Positions 11,886 to 24,129 of a stretch of 63,048 nucleotides of DNA are shown here, piece after piece. Under the pieces are notes generated by a model, which did no database searches, was not told the DNA's origin, and worked only from the letters and a program-made list of their open reading frames with translations. Origin of the DNA: Chiloscyllium plagiosum (taxonomy: Eukaryota); NCBI RefSeq assembly GCF_004010195.1, contig NC_057719.1, positions 55,877,014 to 55,940,061 of the forward strand. The letters are read 5' to 3'. How positions within the stretch are numbered: position 1 is the first letter of the stretch; each line of letters begins with the position of its first letter. A program made the position numbers and the translations under genes.

Positions 11886-13999
11886 ATTTTTTGAAACAGA
11901 TCTATTTTGACAATCTTTTTTTTTGCTAAATAATTAACCAGATTCTTCTTGAATTTGCCAACACTATCTATTTCTATCACTTCTGCAGGCAGGCCATTTC
12001 ACTTACCAACCAACAACTGTACAAAGTAGTTAAATCCAAACTATCTCTTTACACTTCCTTTTATGGATTTTGATTTTTTGAACATTGCTGCTACTTTCAC
12101 TACTGCTTGCATAGCATCATGTTGATTAACAACACGTTTTATTACAGAATATGAAAAAATTAAAACAGGTTTGCTGTATTTACTTTTGAATGGCAATATT
12201 TTTCAAGAGAATGATCTCTGTTAGTAACTATGTGTCGTTTTAACAAGCTATCTAACTTGGGAAAAAGTTCATACAGAGTATTTTTGCAGCTACCTTGATT
12301 GAGAGCTAGAGTGCAGCTTGGAAGCTGTCATCTTGCACAAACAGCAAAGGACATTTTTAATTAATGTAGAGAACCACTGCCAGATTATAGCAAATGATGC
12401 ATGGAAACAAATTCCCACAAAGTAAAATTAATTTCCATGGAACTGCTCCTCAAGCTAATCCTCAGACTTTTAAATCTCATATGCAAAATCCTCCCTTCAC
12501 ATACTACCCTCCCCAAAAGTCCTGGTGCTTTAGAGTCATAAGCTAATATTAAGTTTTCATACTTAAGATGATCTCATAATTTTGAACTTCAGTCAGTTAT
12601 TTGATTTTATGGTAAACACAGAGCAGCTTGTGTTGACAGAAAGTTAAGCAGGAATTCCTTCACTATTTTGGAAGATTTATGCGAGTTTAAAGTTAATTAC
12701 AATTAAGATTATTGTAAGGTTGCCATCTTATTTTTACACTTAATGTGTGAGAATTGCAATAACCAAGGTATTAACTGCATGGTCTTGAGTGTATGTTAAT
12801 AAGTTATGAAAACGTCATTTTGGGGCAAACAAAAAGCAAAGAGGATATCTAAAAGATTGTAGGACAAAATGGGGAACCAAGCATAAATTACAATTGATCT
12901 CGAGGCATAAGTTGCATAAGTTGTATTTAAAGAGGGAACAGAGGAGATGTGGCTGGTAGCAGCAAAATAAAGTTTGGAATGGTGTGATTCCAGAGCAACA
13001 ACAGCCCTAACTTCTTTTGTACAAGCTGGAAGAAACCTCTTTCTAGCCTTATCCTTTGATGCATCTGTTCTACCTGGTAAACTGCAAATATGGATTTGGG
13101 TGTCCTCTGTTCATAGTATTGATTTTCCTAAACCTGTGAGGTTTCCACCTGAATCAAGAAAACATCATAGCCACCAGACATGAAGAGAGTCATGAACAAA
13201 ATATTGGACCACTGCTTTGAAGACCATATCATCCAACTTCCACAGGGCACGGACCCATTCTCGAGTTTGCTTGTACCAAACCATCCAAGACAAATGAAAA
13301 TAGAGGAACGAATCAGTGCCACTAACTCATGTTGATTTTACAACAACAAAAGTATCCATCTGGTGCAGCACTGCTTTTGGTTATCCCCCTTATGAGATGA
13401 GAAACAATAAGCAGTAAGTACATTGTGAAAGTTGGGGATATTACCTGAACAACTTGCATTGGAGGATTAACTTTCAAATGATGCAGTGTCCTTTAGATTT
13501 CAGTAGCCATTCCAAAAACTGCTTCTGCCCAGCAATCTTTTAGATTCCTCTTTGCTTTCTGTTTTACCCAAAATGACATTTTCATAATTTATTTCAGGTA
13601 GCAGACATTACCTTCAGAGATGGAATCTTTCTGCCTTCTGTTTTAAGACAGCAGCCAGAAGGCTCCACAGCTGGCGGCCATCCTTTACACTTCCACTTGT
13701 TGTTCCCAACAGCAAGGCCTTGCCAAGGGGCAGCTTTCACTGGGGAAACTCTCAATCTATTTAAGTAACATGAACAATCAGATAGTGTCAGGTTATGTCA
13801 CACAGAATGCAGTTTGTGAGACATGACAACAATAGACTTCAGCAGAAAATTAACCCCTAACTATCAATGATCCATCACCATAGTTAGCAATGCTGAGCCT
13901 CAATATTTAACAATGACAAAATAAACACAGGCTGGATGTGAAATCATCCAACCAAATTCCACAGATATGTCACTCCAGTAAGTACACCAGTGAGATGTG

Positions 14000-14838
14000 T
14001 GTGTGGGTGGGGGGGGGAGTAGTGTTATGAGTATCTGTGAGAGAATGTATGTATGTGTGTGAGTGTAAAAGGATATAAGTCTGTGAGAGGGTGCTTGTGT
14101 GCATGTGAATGTGGAAGTGTATATGTCAGCGTATGAGAAAGAGCTTGTCTATGCGAGAGGGTCTGCGTGAGTGTATGGGTCTGTAGGAGTGTGTGTGTGT
14201 GTACAGACCCATACACTCATGCAGACACTCTCTCATACACAAGCTAACACAGACACTCCCATACTCACACGCACACACGCACTCTCTCACAGACGTACAC
14301 CCTTTACACTCTCACTCACACACTCTCTCACAGACATAACCGCTGTTCCACTCACACACACACACACTCACATACAAGTTTGTGGGATGAATTTATACTT
14401 GCAGAATTACATTTCATTTTGCTCAAAAACTGCATGAATCCATGTAAGATTCTGTAAATGCATGTTTTTAGATTAGAATCAGTCTCAACATTGTGGCAAA
14501 GACAGTCTCACACAGAGCACCTCACATTTTCAATGCATTACTTGGGCTGACATGACACCAATTGTTAAAGTTCACTTGAGAATGTAACTTTTAAAAAGTT
14601 CTACAATTTACGTATGAAAGAACTTTAACCAACATGTTCATTCCAAAAGATGAGAGACTTAACAAACAATCCAGTTCTTTTTCAATATATAATTTCAGTT
14701 ACATCACACTGTAAACTTTTGCTATAAATTCTGTGTCTTATGATCTTTTACTCCACAACTACCTGATGAAGGAGCAGTGCTCTGAAAGCTAGTGCTTCCA
14801 AATAAACCTGTTGTACTATAACCTGGTGTTGTGTGATT
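14000..14838. mobile_element. Penelope-like (Neptune-type) terminal region with inverted 5' portion
   Basis: GT-rich 14025-14183 is an imperfect reverse complement of CA-rich 14202-14345; 3' end cctgatgaaggagcagtgctctgaaagctagtgcttccaaataaacctgttg...ggtgttgtgtgatt. Confidence 0.75.
14763..14798 (+). ncRNA. Hammerhead-ribozyme-like core
   Basis: CTGATGA A GGAGC-AGT-GCTCT GAAA GC-TAGT-GC TT: core boxes, helix II and a short helix III are all present. Confidence 0.6.
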
Positions 14839-15714
14839 TGTAATAATGTTATCAACCCTAGTGCCCACCAACCAAAGGATTCCACTGATGTTGAACAGAT
14901 TCAAAAATCAGAAAGACATTTACTGAGTGAATTAACTGACATTGCTTATTTTATACTAGCATCCAAAGGCACTACCAACAAATGGAAGATAGCCATTCGG
15001 GCTGAATCATGGGATTGGGGAAAGTTTACCATGGTTAGATTCATAAAAATATGGCAGAAGACCTCAACCTTCTGCATATGATTTATTTTTGTGTATTATC
15101 GGAGTAACTTGTACTGGAAGGTTAACATTCAAATGATGCAATGAACCTGAGATTTCAGCAAAAATTGCAAAAACCGCTTTTCCAAGTTCTGGGAACTTGG
15201 CAGCTAGAAGGTTGTAGAAGCTGCTAGGTGCAACTGGTAAGTGTTTCAGAGCAGTTGGTTAACCAGGAGGAGCAGGAGTGACATCTCTCTCTCTCCCTAC
15301 ACTCAGCACTAGTACCACATATACTCCCTCAAAGAGGAGATTCCAAAGAGAAAAAAAGTGGCAGTGCCATCATGAATTTTACACAACAGTATCTGGATTA
15401 AGTCAGAGAAACAATGAATGTTGTTCATAGCTAACGCTAACATGTCAACGCATTTCTTAGCATCAACCAATGAACAAAGATTGTAGTGTGCATCATCTAC
15501 ACGATACACTGCAGCAATTCATCAAGGCTCCTTTAACAACATCTTTCAAATGCACAACACCTACCACCTTGAAGGGCTACTAGGGCTCCCTGTTATCATT
15601 TAATAATGTCTGAAAAAATGCCTGTGATTTAATAGAATGGATACATTCATTAAGGGTGAATTGGACATGAATTGATTGAATAAATCTGCGGAACTAGCAA
15701 TTGTGAGGTGAAAG

Positions 15715-16100
15715 GGAGGGTTTGGTGACCTGGGGTGGACGGTGTTGCAGGCAGCAGTCTTGGGTAACCATAGACTGTGATTGTTCATAAACTCCCAGCC
15801 TAACTGTTTATTTTGCGGGGTTGTGAAGTCCATGGACTATGTATGTATCATTTGTGGGCAGTTGCACCCCTTTTTCTGAGTTTGTGGTTGCACTTCAGCC
15901 CCACAATCTGATCTTTGGGCAACTGATGCAGAGGAGTAGGCGCATGTCGGAAGATCATTTCATGGGTCATCTCCTGGACCTAGCTAAGATGGCCATTAAC
16001 TAGCCCAGGCAGCAGGCCATGGAGAAGGGGAATAGTGGCCGTCTGCCCTTCTTCCATAGCTACATTCATGCCTACGAATCCTTGGAAAGGGAGCACGTGG
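15715..16100 (+). mobile_element. Tx1/L1-clade LINE ORF2 C-terminal remnant
   Basis: Pieced translation GDLGWTVLQAAVLGNHRL*LFINSQPNCLFCGVVKSMDY...LIFGQLM...LLDLAKMAIN*PRQQAME...FHSYIHAYESLEREHVV; zf-RVT-like CxxC and LAKMAI motifs typical of Tx1. Confidence 0.8.
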
Positions 16101-16102
16101 TT

Positions 16103-16197
16103 CATCTCTAACTCTAAGTCAGGAGGCTTGGGTTCAAATCTCACCTGCTCTATGGTGTGTAATAACATCTCTGAACAGTTTGACTCGAAAATCTCAA
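16103..16197 (+). mobile_element. Short tRNA-derived SINE fragment
   Basis: B-box-like gggttcaaatctc followed by ggtgtgtaataacatctctgaacag. Confidence 0.5.
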
Positions 16198-16424
16198 TTG
16201 TGTGTGATAGCACTTCTGGATATTAAGGAAAAGAAAAGAAAAGACTTTCAAAAATAAAATGGTGTGGGTTTTGTTGGGTACAGTTTACTGAAATAAATAT
16301 CTCACCAAAAGTTGGACTTAAATATAAATTATCTTTGAGTGGATAACACTGATAGCAATTATCCACTGTTTGCTATAGTGGATGAGTCAAAATAAAGTTT
16401 TAGGTATGATTACCTACCTGTTTA

Positions 16425-17380
16425 CTGAAAATGAGCCTTTGACCTGGTCTTGTAGCCATTGTGTTTATGTGGCAGGTCCAGTTGAGTTTCTGCTCAATGG
16501 TAACCCCCCAGGATGTTAATAGCTGGGGATTCAGTAATGCCATTGAATGTTTGGGGCAGTGGTTAGATTGTCTTTTATTGGAGAAGGTCATTAGCTGACT
16601 TTTATATGGTGCAAATGTTACTTAACGCTTGTCAGCCCAAGCCTTGGTATTGTCCAGGTCTTTTTGTATTTGAACATGGACTTCTTCAATATCTGAGGAG
16701 CCATAAATGATACTGAACATTGTTCAATCATGAGCGAATATCTCCACTGCTGACCTGATGATGAAGGGAAGGTTATTGATGAAGCAACTGATGAGGGGTG
16801 GGCCTAGGAACTATCCTGAAGAACTCCTGGAGCTGAGATGACTGATCTTTAACAAACACAACCATCTTCCTACATGTCACATATAACTCCAAACAGTGGA
16901 GAGTTTGCCCACGATGCCCATTGATTCCAGGTTTGCTCAGGCTCATTGATGTCACACTCAGTTGAATATAGCCTTGATGTCAAGGAGTATTCTTCTCACC
17001 TCACCTCTGGGATTCACCTCTTTTGTTCATGTTTGAACCAAGGCTTTAATGAGATAAGGAGCTGAGTGGCCTGGCGGAACTCAAACTGGGCGTCATTGAG
17101 CAGGTTATTGCTGAACAGGTGCTGCTTGATAGCACTGTTGATAATATCTTCCATCAGTTGACTGATGACAAGAGTAGATTGATGGAGCGTAATTGGCCAG
17201 GTTGGATTTGTCTTGCTTTTTGTGTTCAGGACATACTTGGGCAATTTTCCACATTGCTGGGTAGATGCCAGTGTTGTCGCTGTACTGGGACAACTTAGCT
17301 GGTAGAAAAATTCTGGAGCACAAGTCTTTAGTGCTACTGCAGCATCTTGTCAGGCCCCATAGCCTTTGCAGTTTCCTATA
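16425..17380 (-). mobile_element. CR1-type LINE family B RT fragment
   Basis: ORFs 17105-17323 and 17014-17244: NTGIYPAMWKIAQVCPEHKKQDKSNLANY...IINSAIKQHLFSNNLLNDAQFEFRQ; also LTSWGVTIEQKLNWTCHIN. Confidence 0.85.
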
Positions 17381-17389
17381 CCTCCTATA

Positions 17390-18258
17390 CTTTGAGACCA
17401 GCTCAAGAAGAGAGTATCTCTTTGTTGCCTAAAAAAGGCACTAAATTAGGGGGGACACTCTGGAAATTGAATGAATGTGTCTATGGTTGAAATGATGACT
17501 GTCGGACTGGGTACTTGTCAGTAAGGTCTGTCTTATTGACATTGAATTGTCTTCAGTTAAAAGCAAATCTTGCTATGTTCAACTATCTCCATGAGGGACA
17601 GCATTCAAAATTTTTATGATGCACATGGAGGATTCTTTTGTGAGGGGTGGGAGCAATGAATTTGAAAATATTGTCATGAATGGGTTTAAAGCAGAATTCA
17701 AATTTAGAAGTCAGGTTTCTGATGCATTTAAATACATTGGATTGGACATCAGGCAAACTGGATCAAATATCATTTAGCATCAATCTTATTTGGAAAATGT
17801 AAGCTTCACTGCTATTAGTCAAAGATCTCACAAAAAGATGCAGCAATTTTGAAAATTGAAGTGCAGGAATTGTGAAGTCTCATTGGATAGCTGAGTCAGC
17901 TGGGCAACCAAACTAGGTCAGGTGACAATCTGAAGTATTAGACTTAAGTACAACTATGAAAATTCTCAATCCTAACCTTATTCAGGCAAACAAAACATTG
18001 AAAAAGATGTAAATAGAGCATTATGATTTGTATTTTCCACAATTGGGAAATGGCAGGAACTTAAAACTTATTGTTTATGGTGATGCTTCAGAGGCAAGTG
18101 TCTCTGATGAGTTCTTGAGTGCAGGAGGGTTTATAATTTTTTTGTAGGTAAGGAAAGCAAATGCTGTGCTTTAGAGTGGGAAGCTGAAAAGATCAAAAGA
18201 GTAGTAAAAACTACCTTTGTGGCAAAAACTCTCGCTTCTGTTCAGATTTAGATGTCAG
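17390..18258 (+). mobile_element. Ty1/Copia reverse transcriptase-RNase H fossil
   Basis: Pieced translation GTLWKLNECVYG*ND..YLSVRSVLL..LKANLAMF..FMMHMEDS..AFKYIGLDIRQ..HQSYLEN, then LKLIVYGDAS...SAGGFIIF..CCALEWEAEKIKRVVKTTFVAKTLA. These correspond to the Copia motifs LxKxxYGL, HVDD, YxG, YxDAS and VxSTxxAE. Confidence 0.88.
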
Positions 18259-18719
18259 TGGGAGGGGCCGCACATGCCTGTCTGAAACAGCAGGAAACTG
18301 TCAGTGATGGTTAGGGAACATGGCAGTAAGCCTTCTTGGGTCTTGAGCAGCAAGTGGATTATGTCCTGTCATGGGCCTCCTTATCCAATCAGAGCTGTCC
18401 CACCACCTCATGGGTGTCCCCTCATTTCTGGCTTGGCCAATTTATCCCCAACCACCAGAGAACTCCACTTCCATGGCCTCTTCTTATAGCCTTACTAAAA
18501 ACCTCACCAACCTTCCTGTGCACCAGATGCTGGCTTTTCATCACTGGTACTGGTTGCAATGGACCACTCCCAATGGTACTGCTCCCACCCAATCAGATTG
18601 GTTAGCAGCTTTCTAAGGGAAAAATTCCTTCCAGATGGAGGCAAAAGTCTCACCTTGAGTCATTTAATATTTCTTGAAATGTTGACTGACTGAGGGGTGA
18701 GTGCAGGGTTAAATTTTAT

Positions 18720-18900
18720 ACAACATTGCAAGCGTGCCTATATCACTATTCACTAGAGTCTGCTGCATCTCCCGCAATTGCACCTAACTGAGGGCATGGT
18801 ATTTACCAGCAGGTACACAGCAAACTACTGAGAAGAAGGATATCGAAAAGGATGACAAGGAGGCTGATGCAGAAAGGAAAAGAGGAGTCAACCAACACAT
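18720..18900 (+). mobile_element. Second Harbinger transposase C-terminal remnant (very degenerate)
   Basis: FTRVCCISRNCT*LRAWYLPAGTQQTTEKKDIEKDDKE resembles VCC.LHN...R plus an acidic tail, as at 5830-6140. Confidence 0.4.
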
Positions 18901-19669
18901 TAGCTTTCTAAAGTGTCTGTCCATGACCAAATCATCTGACTGCAGTGCCATTGATCACAAGCACATATTCCCATTTGACAACATTCCACATTTTACCTTC
19001 CCTCCCTTATTGATCATTATAGCATACTCTTGGTCTCAATGCTGCAATAAGAGCTGCCACCAGTCAAATATTCCAAAGCAGTTCTATCAAACAAAAAACA
19101 TTTAACTTTCCATAAAAATATTAATGAGTGATCCTTTTGCATTCCTTTAATGCCTGTCTTTCTTCTGCTTTTGCCACCTCTAGTGTTCCTACACAATGCA
19201 ACCTGCAGTGGCTGCAGCAAGGCTGGTAACTGGCTGTTGACTTTACATAGTGTAGACTACAAATAGACAAATAGGATGACTTCAAGCAATTCTAGAAGGT
19301 CTGACTTCAGACTGCACCCAGTAGCAACCTGGACGAGCTGGCTGACGGGCAACAATAATGTGACCGGTGAAGGGGCTGATACTGAATGTTCTTATGCTGA
19401 GAGATGATGACATATCAAGCATTGCAATCTAAGGAAACTGTTGGAGCACCATTTAGGGGCTTATTTAAGAGCCTGGTCAAAAGTCTGAGTATTTCATTGC
19501 AACAAGCTGAGTTTCAATATCAGCATTTGAACAGTGAAAGATTCTACTTGTCCCATGATGCACATGGAATAATCAACCATCTATTGCTGCACTGTGTTTG
19601 GATCTACAAAGGGTATAATCGATATTGGTGTTTGCTTCAAAACTGGAAAGAGTGGGTTCCGAGGCAGGT

Positions 19670-20346
19670 TTGGAATTCTGCTATTCTCATCTGGTCTAGC
19701 CTACATGGGACTCCAGATCCACAGCAATGTGGTTGGTTCTCAACTGCCCTCCGAATGGCCTAGCAATTGTATTAATCACTGAAACCTAAACAAAGAAACA
19801 AAACTGGATGGACCATATTGCTTTGATCTAGGCATTAGTAACAGCAATAGCAAAAACAGACCTGTAAACCCTACAAATTCCTCTTTCCAAAAATCCAGGG
19901 GTAAGTACCAAAATTATTCAAGCAACAGCCAGACATAGTCATACTCACAGAATCATACCTTCAGCCACTCCACCAATGATGCTCAGTAGCAGCAGTATGT
20001 AATATCTATAAGATGCACTGCTGAAATTTGCCAAAAAATCTTTAGACAGCGCCTTCAAAGCCCATGACCACTTCCATCTGGAAGTACAAAGTCAGCAGTT
20101 ACATGAGAGCACAACCACCAACTGCAAGTTCCCCTCCAAGTCACACATCATTCTAACTCAGAAGTATATCACTGTTCCTTCAGCACTGCTGGGTCAAACT
20201 CCTAGAATTCCCTCTCTAATGACATTAGGGGCAACCCATGCAGCAGTTCCAGAAGGCAGCTCACCACCACCTTCTCAAGGGCAACTAGGGATGGGCAATA
20301 AATGCTGACCCAGCCAGTCATGACCATGTCCCATACATGAATAAAG
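19670..20346 (+). mobile_element. Internally deleted CR1-type LINE family B (5' region and endonuclease start joined to 3' end)
   Basis: KQQPDIVILTESYL (APE start) at ~19920-19962 is joined directly to a 3' part ending in caccttctcaagggcaactagggatgggcaataaatgctg. Confidence 0.8.
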
Positions 20347-20595
20347 AAATGATTTAAATGCCCTCAAGTTCTTCATTTCTAATGAAAAACAATTGTATTC
20401 ATAACTCCACATCAGAAGCAGTTAATCCTTTAAACACCTCTTTGAACTCTTCATCAAACTGTGAAGTATATCCACCGACTGTGATAATGACTGTGATAAT
20501 AGGTCTTGGGAAACACTCAAGCAATAATAATTCTCAATGAAAGCACCTAGGGTTGTTTCAACAAATAGTAGTTTGCTACAACTCAGACTCAGACA

Positions 20596-20878
20596 GGGTG
20601 GCACGGTGGCACAGTGGTTAGCACTGCTGCCTCACAGCGCCCGAGACTCAGGCGACTGACTGTGTGGAGTTTGCACGTTCTCTCCGTGTCTGCGTGGGTT
20701 TCCTCCAGGTGCTCCGGTTTCCTCCCACAGTCCAAAGATGTGCAGGTCAGGTGAATTGGCCATGGTAAATTGCCCCTAGTGTTAGGTAAGGGGTAAATGT
20801 ATGGGTGGGTTGCGCTTCGGCGGGTCAATGTGGACTTGTTGGGCCGAAGGGCCTGTTTCCACACTGTAATGTAATCTA
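20596..20878 (+). mobile_element. HE1-type V-SINE
   Basis: Same head, V-domain and tail as 10356; the B-box segment is deleted. Confidence 0.95.
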
Positions 20879-22819
20879 GTACATGGGCAGATTTTTTTCT
20901 CTTTTTTTATGGAAGATAGGCTATTGAAATACATTGACAATTCCACAGACGTTATTTGCTGAGAAATTACTCCTTTCTAAAAAATGGTACAGAGTTGCTC
21001 CAGTGAAAATGGGTTCTCTTTCACCTCAGCACTGAGCTTAAATGGCTTCCCTCATGTGTGATACATATGTTGCCCGTGTCTCCTACTGCAAAAATAGGAT
21101 TTGTCAGAAGTAGGACAGGACTTCCAGACCCAGATCCTGCAGCTGATTTTAAAGGTCCCCTGAGTGTCCATGACTGTAAAAATCTAGGCCACAGTACCAA
21201 TACCTGAGCAGCTGGCTGCAAGCAACATCGAGAGTAACTGTTTTTTTCCCACCATAAGCCTTTTCTTCCCTCTGTCAATTTTTAATCCTCTACCACCAGC
21301 TAGTTGTTTCACACAAACTGGACACCACTGTTGAATTATGCACATTTAATACTGGACTAGAAAAGACAATCAATTAAATGAGCAGGCAGCACAAAGTTTA
21401 CATGCTGCCTGTAAGGAGGGAACAGGCAGGAGTTAATTCTGCATTGTCATCCTTATATCTATTTATTTCCAGCGGCAATCAAATTTATCTCATCTTATTG
21501 TCCATTAAATCTGTCCATTAAAATGGGTTGCTTTCATAGAATTTGAAACTGGATTTCTGAATTCTACTTCTTAGCTGAGCACAATTGATGCAAAACAAAA
21601 TTTGCATTAATGTTTTATGATGTTTAAGTTGCCTAAAAAATGCATAGTAATCCATGTTAATAAAAACAGATTGAGATATCTTGAGGCCAAGCTTACAAAT
21701 ATATATGCAAATTACATTCTAGTCAAAAGTATAAATGAAGACACAATAAAAATTCAAGTGGTATTAGGCTCAAAGAACCGGGAAAGTTGAATTCATAGAA
21801 CATGGGGTTCTACTGATTGATGAGGTAACTGAAACCACAAAGGTGTTTTAACCATGCAAGAAGACATCTCTGATTCTACATCACCTTGAATATGTTGCCA
21901 TGTTCACAAACACTAAGGAGGTGGTCCTAAAACAAAATGTTGAAAGGTTTGAGTATCTATTTATCCCAGTGGAGGACTTGAGCTCACTGTCTTGACAGGT
22001 CCACCAACTCGGAAATACTAGTTTTATCTTTCCATTTTTACTCAAGTGCCCTTAACCTGCATCCCCATATCTTCTTCTTTTTACTTCCAGATGTACAATA
22101 AGTGTGAACATTCAATAAATAGTCAATCAATTCCTTTTTATTTCCTGCCTCGGCCAATTGTCACTCTTTCAACCATTGCACAGTTCATGTCCCTTTTTCA
22201 GTATCTATTACTTTACATTTAGCTACATTAGTGCCCATCTGCTGATTCACAAATTGCTCCATATCTCTGACTGTGATCAATCTCCCTCATAATTGACATC
22301 TGGATCCATCGCTTTGTGTTATGAGCAGACGTACATGACTAGTCATAAGTGCTTATAAATGGTGAAACGGCAACTATCCCAAGTGATCTCATTCCACTTA
22401 TGTATCTGCCACTATTAACCTCAGGCATGTTAATAATATGGTGAAATATTACCTTTTAGAAGGGATATATTCCAATCTTACTGTGTGAGTTCTGACTATT
22501 TACAGACCTCTGCAGATATGACAACTTTTGTGGATAGAGAAACAGTGTTAGTATTTCAAATCCATCATAACTCTTGTTTGGAACAAAAGAGCAACTTGGA
22601 AAAGTGATGTGTTTTATACAGTAGAGAAAGGAATAAGTGTAGCAGAAAGAGGATTAGGGAAGATTAAGGTGTGAGGGAAATTAGAGATCACAGGTACCAC
22701 AGAGCAAAAGGCAAAGGGAGAGGGAATAATTAAAGTATAAAACCTGTATCTTTTCATTCTTCTGTATTTATAACAGAGGGCTGAAATGGGGAAAAGTCTA
22801 TAAATCAAGGATGATTGAA

Positions 22820-23722
22820 GGGATTACTGCAATTCTTGAAAACAAGCAACCAGGTGCTGTTTATATTGCTAGGTGTTCAAGCAGTTTGTGGGGGTGGGGC
22901 AGGGTGAAGGTGTGTAGTTACTACAGACAAGCTGGAGCCAGGCAAAATCCATGAGGCGAGATTCAGCCGGCAACAAGTCGCTGATTGGTCTGTAGAATGC
23001 AGGCCAGTTTTCAATGACAAACATGTTCTACTTGACAAAGACAATGCAATTGACACCCAGGTGTGTGAACAGCTTGGGTATGAATGTTTGGGTCAGAAGT
23101 CACCAGACCTCTGAAAGGAAGGAGCTGCGCTTTTCTCCATAGGAATAAACACCTTAAGGCTGCTCAGTGAGATAAGCAGCTTGGCCACATCAAGAACCCC
23201 ATTTCTTGCAAATTCCTGAAAATCTGAAGGTAGTCATTTCATTTCCATCACCATTTGATATGGCTGGCCTTTTAAACAATAAGTCAAAGATATTACAGCG
23301 TGGAATAATCACTTTATGCCTCCTGCAAGATAGAGAAGGAGGATTGAGGAGCAGCAATTGCTGACAAGCCAAAAAGACCATCTCTGCAAACCCTGTGAAC
23401 AGCAACTACTGAACTGCTTTCACAGTCTTACCCTCTATCCATAACAACCACAGTCTCTTGTGTCTGTATGTGTATGTGTAGGAGGAGTTTCATATGGGGC
23501 TAATGCCATTGATTTATAATTATTTATCTGCAGCCAAAATCTATTTACTTCCAATAAATAGTAGTTTGTATTAAGTACAGAAACCTGCTCCAAGCTTTCT
23601 GCTATGTTGGTTTAAAAGACAGGTAAATTGGAGATTACAGTGTACTTTTATAAAATCTTTGTGGTAACTCTGGGAATACTTGGACTTGATTTCCATCGTG
23701 TCACTCCTGTGGGGTGTAATGG
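22820..23722 (+). mobile_element. Probable solo LTR
   Basis: Non-coding, with CCAAT-like gattggt, AATAAA at ~23552 and a U5-like end ...ggacttgatttccatcgtgtcactcctgtggggtgtaa; based on recalled similarity to shark LTRs only. Confidence 0.4.
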
Positions 23723-24129
23723 TATGGAAAAGAGGTAAATGTGGATGGACCATGTCACCCATGCATATTGTTAAACAGAGTTCAGAACAGGTTGTACCAC
23801 ACTCCTCAGTTAACAATAAATTAAAGACACAGTCAAAAAAACCATAAAACACATCATATAAATATCATAATGATAACATCTCCCAGAGACAAAAAGTTAT
23901 CACCAAAAAACTATTCAAAGCATAACAATTCATAACATTCTGCACATTTCAATCAATTAATTTACTATGAAGACTACAAATAGTTCCTTCACATGCTGTC
24001 ACATTTTACCTTTAAAATGTTTTTCCTTTGTAGATTCACAATGTTTAATTTGTATCAGTCAAATGCATGCAACAGTTAGGAGTTCAAATCAAATTTTCAT
24101 ATGTGCTTAAAGTTCTTTCTCTCGTGTAA

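Noticed and set aside
15049..15200. Small hairpins gcagaag..cttctgc and ccaagttc..gaacttgg
   Set aside because: Stems of 7-8 bp are expected by chance and too short for a miRNA precursor.
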